From Eledone cirrhosa (lineage: Eukaryota): a stretch of DNA of 64,000 nucleotides. The position numbers and the translations under genes are program-made. This document shows positions 52,861-64,000 of the stretch, one piece after another. The first letter of the stretch is position 1. Each line of letters opens with the position of its first letter. The stretch lies in contig OZ024757.1 in the NCBI GenBank assembly GCA_964016885.1, forward strand, positions 25,420,001 to 25,484,000. Direction: 5' to 3'. Under the pieces are notes generated by a model that made no database searches, was not told where the DNA came from, and saw only the letters and a list, made by a program, of their open reading frames with translations.

Positions 52861-52932
52861 ATTTCATTTGATGAACGAACTGGACATTTCTGTTAGAATC
52901 GTCTAACTTTGTGAAACCTTGGGTAATGGAAT
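52861..52932 (+). ncRNA. Type I hammerhead ribozyme motif (U3 variant), tandem unit 1
   Basis: AUUUCAU-UUGAUGA-stem II-GAAA-CC(UUG)GG-UA/AUGGAAU. Confidence 0.6.
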
Positions 52933-53072
52933 AATTATATTGTGTTGTTTATTATATAATTATATATATATTGTATTTATACATCATCATCGTTTAACGT
53001 CCATCTTCCACGCTACCATGGGTTTGGACGGGACCTATATATATATATGTATATACACATATATATATATAT

Positions 53073-53113
<41 letters not shown>

Positions 53114-53190
53114 TATGTAGAGGAAAGAAGAGTGCTCTATGTATTGTACAAAGCTATTTAATTATATAATAAACAACACAATATTTAGAT

Positions 53191-53262
53191 ATTTCATTTG
53201 ATGAACGAACTGGACATTTCTGTTAGAATCGTCTAACTTTGTGAAACCTTGGGTAATGGAAT
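53191..53262 (+). ncRNA. Type I hammerhead ribozyme motif, tandem unit 2
   Basis: identical to 52861-52932 (+330). Confidence 0.6.
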
Positions 53263-53402
53263 AATTATATTGTGTTGTTTATTATATAATTATATATATA
53301 TTGTATTTATACATCATCATCGTTTAACGTCCATCTTCCACGCTACCATGGGTTTGGACGGGACCTATATATATATATGTATATACACATATATATATAT
53401 AT

Positions 53403-53443
<41 letters not shown>

Positions 53444-53520
53444 TATGTAGAGGAAAGAAGAGTGCTCTATGTATTGTACAAAGCTATTTAATTATATAAT
53501 AAACAACACAATATTTAGAT

Positions 53521-53592
53521 ATTTCATTTGATGAACGAACTGGACATTTCTGTTAGAATCGTCTAACTTTGTGAAACCTTGGGTAATGGAAT
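53521..53592 (+). ncRNA. Type I hammerhead ribozyme motif, tandem unit 3
   Basis: identical to 52861-52932 (+660). Confidence 0.6.
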
Positions 53593-53732
53593 AATTATAT
53601 TGTGTTGTTTATTATATAATTATATATATATTGTATTTATACATCATCATCGTTTAACGTCCATCTTCCACGCTACCATGGGTTTGGACGGGACCTATAT
53701 ATATATATGTATATACACATATATATATATAT

Positions 53733-53773
<41 letters not shown>

Positions 53774-53784
53774 TATATATATGT

Positions 53785-53816
<32 letters not shown>

Positions 53817-53870
53817 GTAGACATATATATATATATATATATACACATATATATGTAGACATATATATAT

Positions 53871-53923
<53 letters not shown>

Positions 53924-54291
53924 TCAACATATGTTGATTTAAAACTGCACTATTCACAAGTTTGTTTTAACCTTCATATCATGTCTCCCTATTTTATCTG
54001 ACGAAAACGCAAATGTTATTGCATGATGATATTTGTTTTATAAATGCGCATAATAAAATACATGGAACTCTTTTAACCATCTTTTGATCTTATATATTAT
54101 TTATACTCCAGTCCTACAAACTGTAGAGTGCTACTTATCCGATATCTGCATTGCTTTATTGTACTACAATAAAACTCACCTCCTACATATAATATATATA
54201 TATATATATCATCATCATCATCATCATCATACGTCCGCTTTTCCCTGCTTATATATAATAAAATACTTATACGTAAATATATATATATATA

Positions 54292-55620
54292 AGACTTTTG
54301 GCAAAACGCTCTGCAATGGGTGTGAGGGATGATCTTTTCGACTGGCTGAAATCCTTCATTCTCAGCCGAAAGGAAGTAGTCACGGTTCTAGGACAGCATT
54401 CTTCACCATATGAGATGTCATCTGGTGTACCACAGGGATCTGTTCTTGGTCCTCTTTTGTTTGTGGTATATATTAATGACATAGATGCCAACTTACAGAA
54501 TGCCACGGTACTAAAATATGCAGATGACATCAAGCTGTACCTTGAAATCAAAAGGACTGATCCTGAAATTTACAACTCTTTCCTACAATCAGACCTGGAC
54601 ACAATGCAGCAATGGATCACAGACTGGCAACTGAAGCTGGCTGTGGACAAGTGTACCACCATGCATTTTGGAAGGAAAAATCCAGCGTCCACAAACTCCC
54701 TCCACAACACTGACATCAAAAAGTCCTCTTGTGAACGTGACCTGGGCATTACTGTCAGCAACGATTTGCGTTGGACAAAGCATGTCTCTAAGATTGTCAA
54801 GAAGGCCGAGGGTGTCTTGGCATCACTCAGCAAGACCTTTGTTAGCCGCTCTCCAGCCATCTATTTAAAACTGTATACAGCTATAGTGCGACCACACTTG
54901 GAATTTGCATCATCAGTCTGGAACCCCTATCTTGCTCGGAACATTGACCTCCTGGAAACTGTTCAGAGACGTGCAACCAAGCGCATACCCTCCATCAGAC
55001 ACCTACCATACTCTGAACGCCTTGCTTCCCTGGGCATGGATTCATTGAAGCTCCGACGTCTGGCAATGGACTTGGTGAATACCCACAAAGTTTTTAACCA
55101 TCTCGCCAACTGCAACCCTGAGCGCCTCTTTGATCTCCATGTGTCTAACACACGTGGACATGCCTACAAGATAAGAAAACAGCACAGCTCCCATGACTTT
55201 CGCAGACATTTTTTCACGCTCAGAGTTGCTGAAGCATGGAACAAACTGCCTGCGTCAATTGTTAGCTGCCGAGACACTGCATCCTTTAAGACACTCATGC
55301 TTCCCGAAATACGCCAAAACTACACCTGATGTACCCCTTCCATACACATGCACACATGTGTGTATCATGACTCGTGCACTGTTCATTTTACTGATGTTTG
55401 TGCATTGCCCTATGTACTGTACATGCACTTTTTTGATGAGTTGTGGTGCACCTGGGCACTGTACACAATATTTCATTATTGTTATTGTTATTATATCATG
55501 ACTCATACACTGTTAATTTTCCTGACATTTGTACATTATTCTATGTACTATACATGCACCTTTGATGAGTTGTAGTGCACCTGAGCACTGTACACAATAA
55601 TTTCATTATTATTATTATTA
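54292..55620 (+). mobile_element. 5'-truncated CR1-clade LINE (343-aa RT ORF, 3' UTR, (ATT)n tail)
   Basis: GVPQGSVLGPLLF, KYADD, RPHLEFASSVWNP, TRGH...RHFFTLRV..AWNKLP. Confidence 0.9.
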
Positions 55621-56117
55621 TAGTCTACTAGTAATTATACTTTCTAGTATTGTTGTAGTTCCCCTTGAACGTATATTTTAATTCCATCATAATCTACATA
55701 GGTTAATACGTATCTGTTTGAAATTTCGACGAAAAATGTGCTTTACTAAGAAAGTTATGGGACAACGATATCTATGATTGTGGAGACAGCGGTGGGGAAG
55801 CATTTTTTTTTTTTTATTGATTCTTCTCAAGGGAGATAATCTGACTAAAGTCAGCCTCACTTCTCAGATTATCTCCCTTTGACTATAAAATGCATGTGAA
55901 GCATCCATACATTGGCCCTGCTTGGGAATTTTAACCTATTTGCTAGAAATAGCAGCCAATGACAAAACAATCATGGATAAGAAAAAAAGCCAAATTTTCC
56001 TCAAATTACTCTTCCAAATATTTTATAAAATGCTAGATATTAAAATGGAAACATGATGTTTAACTGTATCTTTAATTTATTTTCAAGCTAACATTATACA
56101 GACACACACATATACAC

Positions 56118-56222
56118 AATTTAATATAGAAATAGCTTCTACAGGACTAGAACTGTTTCATTCGAAAGAAATCATCGAATGAAACAGTTCTAGTCCTGTA
56201 GAAGCTATTTCTATATTAAATT
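56118..56222. repeat. Perfect 48-bp-arm hairpin
   Basis: seen directly. Confidence 0.92.
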
Positions 56223-56445
56223 TGATGTTTACACTCTACTTGCTGTAGTTATATATATAGTAATAATAATTGTTTCTACTTTTGGCACAAGGCCAGCAAT
56301 TACTCAGTGCATTACTGGTACTTTATTTTATCGACCCCGTAATAAATTTGAAGACTAAAATCCAAAGAGGGCTCGATAAGGATAAATATATTAGAACCGT
56401 AGAGCAAATATTTATTAAAATAACAGATTAAAGTTTAAGCAAATA

Positions 56446-56480
<35 letters not shown>

Positions 56481-56603
56481 GTTCACTAGAAAATAAATTA
56501 AATATATATAAATAATAATAAGATATCGCTTAGGGTGAAATCAGATATTGTTTGTTTACACTTATAACCTGTGTTAACAATATACGTATATATATACATA
56601 TAG

Positions 56604-56678
<75 letters not shown>

Positions 56679-57688
56679 CACACACACACGCATGTATATC
56701 GATCTACGTATCATTTTATCGACCTGATTTCTCTCCAACCGATAAGTTACTGGACATAAACAAAGACAGACGAAAGTTAAGAAAATTCGTTGAAAGGCAG
56801 ACGACACATAAACTCTCTTCCTTTATAAACAGATATAAAAGGATAAAGACGTCTTTTGATCACGAATGACGATGAGATTTGCACCTAGAAAGTTTCCTCT
56901 CCGAGGCACAAGCCTGGGCAAGGTTGTTTGTGGGAGACAGAGCAGTTTCTCCTCTCCACACCACCGATGTCGTCCAAGGGAAAGGCAATGGCCGATACAG
57001 CTTGGAAACTGTGATGTCACAACTTATTTCTATAGCTGAGTGTTACTGGAGCAAAGTGAAATAAAGTGACTTGCTCAAGGAGAAAACAGACAGAGACACT
57101 GACACATACATATATATATAGACACAGACAGAGGCATTCACACATACACACACATATATAAACATACATATACACACAGGCAGAGACACTCATATGCATA
57201 CATATATACACACACAAACACAAACGCATACACATATATAGAAACAAGATACGCAGACATATACAGAAACGCATACACACACATACAAACACATATAAAC
57301 ATATACACACATTCGTGCTCAGGTTTGTTTACGTTTGTGCGAGCGTGTGTATGTTTATACTTTGGTAGAGTAACAGTGAGAGAGGGGGAGAGAAGAGGAA
57401 GACAACGAGAGAGAGAGAGAGAGAGACCACCACACACACACATATATATGTATATATACATATACGTATGTACATATATGTATATACATATATATATGTA
57501 TAAGTACGTATATGTATAGAGATTCAATCGATGATATCGACTTACGTATTATTTTATCGATCTGTTTTCTTTCAACCGTTAAGTTGAGGGACATAAACGA
57601 AGACAGACAAAAGTTAAGAAAATTCGTTAAATGCAGACGACACATACAAACACACGGGCTCTCGTCATATATACATACATACAAATAC

Positions 57689-57759
<71 letters not shown>

Positions 57760-57760
57760 A

Positions 57761-57820
<60 letters not shown>

Positions 57821-58086
57821 TATTCAGTTGATGAAAGTTGGTAGATCCACCGATGCTTTTGTAAACAGACGTAAATATATAGAATTATGTAATAAAAAGA
57901 TGTACGAACAAAACCGTCTCTCTTATTTATATTATATATATTTAGATGTATACGTATATATATATATATATATTTTATATGAGATTCCGAAGTTGTGTCC
58001 GAAGGTAACCACAGTTAAATAAGGCACACAATACATTGGTAGAATATAGGCATCTTTATTATTTATATAGAAATCAGTTCTACCGG

Positions 58087-58123
58087 ATTAGAACTGTTTC
58101 ATTCGTATGAAATCATCAGTAAT
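58087..58123 (-). ncRNA. Minimal hammerhead motif
   Basis: AUUA-CUGAUGA-UUUC(AUAC)GAAU-GAAA(CAGU)UC/UAAU. Confidence 0.55.
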
Positions 58124-59526
58124 GTCCACCCCTAAGCTCTTGAATCTTCAATTCAAACTACCACTACAGCAATTGAAGTTTCAATTTCTTAAGGGTTATG
58201 TCGTATAACCAATCTCTTATATATTTTATCTGATAAAATATATACTTTGGTTATGATAATATTTCTCATTGATTAATATTTTTAATAATATTATATATAA
58301 ATATATATATATACGATTAGTTAATTATGATTTTATTCAAGATATTCACACACCTATTGCAGCCGTCCTTCAGGTTTTTAAGCCCTGTAAAAAGAATTTT
58401 TACAGGAGGTTTGGACCTAGTCTGTAGCAGCGATGAAGCCATGAAGTTTTCGAATGTGTGTGTATGTTTTGTGTTGTGTGCGTATGCTTGTGTGTGTGTG
58501 TGTATGTGTGTGTGTATTTTTGTATATGTGTGTATGTATGTGTGTTGGTGTGTGTGTATGTATGTTCGCGTACGCTCGTGCCTGTATGCGTGTGTGTTAT
58601 AAATTCTCAACACCGACTGTAAAATTCATGTATGTGTTTATGTATCTATGTAGGTGTCAATGTGACTATGTATGTGTCTATATGTCTATGTATGTGTCAA
58701 TGTGACTATGTATGTGTCTATGTATCTACACATATATATATATTATTCACATTTTTATGTGTATATTAAGTTTAACAGGTGGTGTTCGTGGTGGGTTCTA
58801 TTATTAAATTTAATATGGCCTGGATCAATACTAATCGAACCCTATCAAAGTTAGAATCTATTATAAACTCTTTTTACAAAAGAACATACAAAAATTATCT
58901 GATCTTATCAATTACAACACACAACTGACTTCAACATCTCTCTGCATTCCGACCTTGGATATTTCCCGCCTCTCACAATATATTCTGAATTGGAAAGATG
59001 CTGGTAAGTTGACGTTGCATTTATTTACATCAGATATTCACAGTCTTTCACTTTATTATATCGTAAACTTAACTTTGTTTTATTTTGTAACAGATGTATA
59101 AGAATATAATACTTGCAGAACGAAAACATAAACAAATATAGCGAAATACATTTAAATTAGTATATATTTTATTGTGTATCGATTTAATAACTTAAATATA
59201 TTATAAATACGTTTAATATATATATAACAGTTTACAACACATTAGGAAAAATGTGGTTTTAGGTATTTTTAATAAAGTTAGGGTAATGAAAATTTAACTA
59301 CTGATAGAACATATAATGAGGCATTTAATGATACAATCATATTTTTAAAAAAATAACAAGGAAATAACTCATGAAGAAAAATCAATATTTTTATCACGCA
59401 AAAGTTTACAACACATTTTATATTTATCGCTTTTTTTCAAGAAAATTCTTAAATTTTCAGATTTAAAATTGGGTATGGCTCTCTCCTGTATTATATAGTT
59501 ATGTAATAAACAACATAAGGCAATTA

Positions 59527-59586
59527 TTCCATTTACCAGTGGTTTCTTAAAAGCAAAAGATTTTGCTTTCAATCATCAGAATGAAA
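59527..59586 (-). ncRNA. Type I hammerhead ribozyme, intact core
   Basis: UUUCAUU-CUGAUGA-UUGAAAGCAAAA/UUUUGCUUUUAA-GAAA-CC(ACU)GG-UA/AAUGGAA. Confidence 0.78.
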
Positions 59587-61078
59587 AAATCCTGGAATAA
59601 TTGCCTTATGTTGTTTATTACATAACTATTAAGCTCTGTTACCTACATAGAACACTCTTTTTTCCTTAACTTTTCCGACGGAATTACTTCATTTATACAG
59701 CTCCAACCGAGATTGATTGAAGCATATTCTATATTACATATACGATTGGCACTATATATATATATATAATTGTTTCTACTTTAGGCACAAGGCCAGCAAA
59801 TACCCCAGTGCATTACTGGGACTTTATTTTATTGATTCTGTAAGGATGAAAGGCAAAGTTAACCTTGGTGGGATTTGAACTCAGAACGTAAAAGGCCATA
59901 ACTCTATGCTGCAAAGCATGGTGTCTGACGCGTTACCGATTCTGCCAATCCACTGCCCTTATGTATATATAATACGCAGGGACATGGAAATACTCGGTTT
60001 GATGCCCAAGCGCATTGTTAGCCCACTGGAAGTGAGAGACCCCTAGTTAGGACATCATTCTAGGAGAAGGATAATTCTGATGTTGATCTGTTCTTCTGTT
60101 TGGATACTAGTCACTGTAGTTCAGAGAGTGTTATTGGTCCAATGCAAGGCTTTTTTATACTTAACCCTTTAGCATTTACATTACTCTATATATACTATTA
60201 TATTTTCATGGTAAAATTTTTATCTCACATATCGAATCAACAAAATTTTGATGTTACTTATTTTGAGAACAATACCTTAACGCCAGTATGAGTGGCTTCT
60301 ACAATACACAACTGCTTATTTTAATGTTTATCTTTATCTAAAGACTATTATAAGTTTATATAAAAACCTTTGTTATCCCTTTAGTAGTTACATTACTCTA
60401 TATTTACTATTGTATTTTCATGGTTATCTCACATAATATCGAATCTACGAGATTTTGATATTATTTATTTTGAGAACAATACCTTAACATCAGTATGAGT
60501 GGCTAGTTACAGCCAGTTTGAACAGAAAGAGGTGAGAGAATTCTGGCCGGATATGGCTGGTTTAAATGCTAAAGTTTTGAGTGTTAAGAAAGCTTCAAAC
60601 ACAGGCATCAGTTGATCTAAAGAACTTTCACGTGTGTTGCGTGAGCATGGCCTTTTCTCTTTTCTTTTACTGCAGCATACACAGAAAAGAATCTAAGTCT
60701 TTGGCGGGGCTAAAAATGTTATGTTCGCACCACCCTTGTATTAGAAAATGGCAATTTTCGAAACTGAGATGTTGCCATTCTGAGTTAAATCCCGCCGAGG
60801 TTAACTTTACCTTTCATCCTTACGGGGTCGATAAAATAAAGTACCAGTAATGAACTGGGTAATTGCTGGCCTTGTGCCAAAAGTAGAAACAATTATGTAT
60901 ATGCATATCATTTTACGTTCACTTTTCCCTGCTTGCAAGGGTAGGACGGGTCCTATTCAGCACAGCATCTCTCCAGTCCTTCGTCATCTCCTCCGTGAGC
61001 TTCAGTGATCTGAGGTCTGCTCCCACCACCTTCGCCCATGTTTTTGTGGTCTTACTCTACTGCGATTTCTTATATATA

Positions 61079-61129
<51 letters not shown>

Positions 61130-62210
61130 ATCATCATCTTCGTTTAATGTCCATTAATGTCCATCTTCCACGCTGGCATGGGTTATGTATATATATATAT
61201 ATATATATAATGTGTGTGTGTGTATATATTAAAAAAAATCAAAACTAACCCAGTATATCTGTAATATTTATTTTATTTCATCTTTTTTTTTTTATCTTAT
61301 TTTATTTGTGGGGTTTCTTGTTTCTTCAGCAAGATAATTTTCGTCACAATATGAAATAAAATCTCCAAACTTATTTCTTTCAATAACGTAGAACCAAGAA
61401 CAAATGTATTTCATCTCCTAATCTTTTATTCTGACCACCCGTCTCCATTCATTTTTTCTTTTCTTTTCTTAAACAACTTGAGAACCAAGTGAGAATGACA
61501 AAATGAATTTATTAAAGATCTTACATGAAAATCTGAGTTTTTTTTCCTCAAGCCAAAAACGAAAAAAACTAAACAAAATTAAACAAAACAAAACAACAAA
61601 AGATAAACAAAAACAAATATAAACCAGGAATGTATTTATGCTCCCATTTCATCTCACATATTATAATCTCTCTCTCTTTCTACACACACACACACATATA
61701 TATATGAAGGAGTCAGGACTTATTCATATAACTATACTCTAGTACCCCAAGTATCAAGTACTCTGGTGAGTCTAACAGGTTTTTACTGCATCCATTCTGA
61801 TATATATACATATATATATAATGAAGGAGGTGTGGTGAGGAACCAGATGGACCATAATGCACCAGAAATAGCCGTCGAAACGGCTTGAGTTCTGCTGCCG
61901 GGGTCAAACATTTTCCTATATATATATAATTCGATTTTGAATTTTTGCGAGATTTCTTATCTGAAAACGTGTGTTGAAACAGATATTGTTATACTTTGGA
62001 AGGGTCATGTTGCCAATAAAACTTTATTGGGAACATGACCCTCCCAAAGTATAACAATAAAAAAAATATATATATATATATATATAAGCAAACGGTATAT
62101 TCAATTTGTTGGTAATTCAACAAATATATATGTTTATAACTGATTCAGAGCACTCGACAGGTTTTCTGGAGTATAATATTCAATGATATTAAATAAATGG
62201 AAACTATATT

Positions 62211-62271
62211 TATTCTATTATATATATTTCAAGGGTACCAAAACTTTGATATGCTTTCATCAGATAAAATA
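62211..62271 (-). ncRNA. Type I hammerhead ribozyme (left arm of palindrome)
   Basis: reverse complement of 62387-62447. Confidence 0.7.
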
Positions 62272-62386
62272 CAAAATTTGTTTTATAAATTTTGACATAA
62301 CCAAGAAAAAGATACCTTACTGGTTCAAGTTTTCCTTGGATAGTATCTTTTTCTAGGTTATGTCAAAATTTATAAAACAAATTTTG

Positions 62387-62447
62387 TATTTTATCTGATG
62401 AAAGCATATCAAAGTTTTGGTACCCTTGAAATATATATAATAGAATA
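62387..62447 (+). ncRNA. Type I hammerhead ribozyme (right arm of palindrome)
   Basis: UAUUUUAU-CUGAUGA-AAG..CUU-GAAA-U(AUAU)A-UA/AUAGAAUA. Confidence 0.7.
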
Positions 62448-62708
62448 AATATAGTTTCCATTTATTTAATATCATTGAATATATATGAAAGAGTCAGGAC
62501 CCCGATAGCTGAGCTTTGGCCGTTTCAACAGCTGGTTCTGGAACTAGTTGTTTAAATGGCAGGAGCTCAGCTATCGGGGTCCTGATTCTTTGATATAACC
62601 ATACTCTACTACTCCAAGTATGGAGTACTCTGGTGAGTAATGGTCTAACCAGTTTCTTACTGCATCCATCTTGATTTTATTTATTTTTATATATATATAT
62701 ATATATAA

Positions 62709-62751
62709 ACCGAGCTGAGGATCCGAATAAGGTGAAACATTTGTTCTCGGT
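62709..62751 (+). ncRNA. Hammerhead motif (U.U-closed stem II)
   Basis: ACCGAG-CUGAGGA-UCCGAAUAAGGU-GAAAC(AUUU)GUU/CUCGGU; homolog at 16897-16938 (-). Confidence 0.6.
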
Positions 62752-62808
62752 ATGAGGAACTAACCGTTGTGGAACTACTTCTATCTATCTCTATATATAA
62801 ATAAATAT

Positions 62809-62863
<55 letters not shown>

Positions 62864-62864
62864 T

Positions 62865-62899
<35 letters not shown>

Positions 62900-64000
62900 A
62901 TAGTGATAATGACAATATAGTTAAGTTGAGTATTAAAACATTATCAGATGGTTAGAAGCTCAATGCAATGGGGTTCACACAGAATATACTATTTACAAAA
63001 AATCGCCAAAGAATCAATGCATTTTTAAACTGACATGAAACACGATAGTTTGAAAATGCATTGATTCTCTGTTGTTTTTATAAATAGTATATATATATAT
63101 ACACACATTTCTTGAATGAATGTCACAACAAACTCAGCTGAAAAATACCTGAATCTTACATAAGTAGAACCAATTTATATACCTTCTAGGATGTATGCGT
63201 TGTGGTTTTCTGATGCCCTAAAATACACATCTAGATAATACCTACTTATTACATAATATAACCAAACTATATCTAATCTACTATGATGAACGTGTTATTG
63301 TTCTCAAATGCCCCTGAAACATGTCTAGCTTACATAGAGCTATGATGTATGTCTTGTGGTTTCTCAGATCTTCTAAAACACACTAGAAAACTGCTTGCTT
63401 CTTTTATAAATATAGCCACCTTATATCCCCTTTAAAGCACAACTGATTCTTACATTAATAGAACCATTATGTGTATATATATATCATCATCATCATTGTT
63501 TTCACATCTGCTTTTCCATGCTTGCATGGGTTGGACATATATATAACAAATTTAATATAGAAATGGTTTCTACAGGACAACAACAGTTTCATTTGAAGGA
63601 TGGTTTAAATGCTAAAGAGTTAAACTGGTGTTTAGAGCATAAACCATAGAACTAGAAACCAGTACCATAGTGAGAACTATTATTCTAAATTAACTAGTTG
63701 TTTCCTACCTCATATCAGAACTAGTTACCTCAGACCCATACAAGACATCTGTCTCTCTTTCATTACTTCTATTGTTTTAATGTAAGGCCATTACATGACA
63801 CAATGATAGGTTTTTAGATAAATATAAACACTTTTAAACAGTTTTATATAGTGAGAACTAGGAGGCAGTTTGATGTGAAAATAGTTAAGTTGATTTTAAA
63901 ACCAACATTGTATTAATAATTACTTTTCCTAACATCTAAAGATGGAGTTTTTTTAGTAGAGAATTAAACGTATTCTTTTACAAACAACACAACTGGATTC

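Larger units (their letters stand above)
52787..53730 (+). repeat. 330-bp tandem triplication
   Basis: units start at 52787, 53117 and 53447. Confidence 0.95.
62176..62482. repeat. Near-perfect inverted repeat (arms about 140 bp)
   Basis: seen directly. Confidence 0.93.

Noticed and set aside
58940-59150. ATGCTG|GTAAGT donor and downstream acceptor suggesting another gene start
   Set aside because: Spliced product stops after a few codons and has no recognisable product.

Overview
AT-rich, repeat-dense animal genomic DNA. The SINE/LINE tails and microsatellite load suggest an octopod cephalopod (inference). Two complete multi-exon genes can be spliced by hand with phase-consistent GT-AG introns. 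PAXBP1/GCFC1 is on the minus strand (19 exons, 38669->4197, 840 aa) and TTC8/BBS8 is on the plus strand (10 exons, 39610->52449, 508 aa), head-to-head with 940 bp between the ATGs. Introns and flanks contain tRNA-derived SINEs, RTE/CR1/CRE/L1-like LINE fragments, TTAA-flanked piggyBac-like MITEs, a non-autonomous Helitron, minisatellites and long (TA/CA)n tracts. The unexpected layer is more than 15 type-I hammerhead-ribozyme (HHR) motifs from several unrelated short families, mostly between (TA)n tracts and often inside inverted repeats. These include three exact 330-bp tandem units just downstream of the TTC8 stop codon that each carry an HHR, a retrozyme-like layout. All ribozyme folds were read by eye and their activity is untested.
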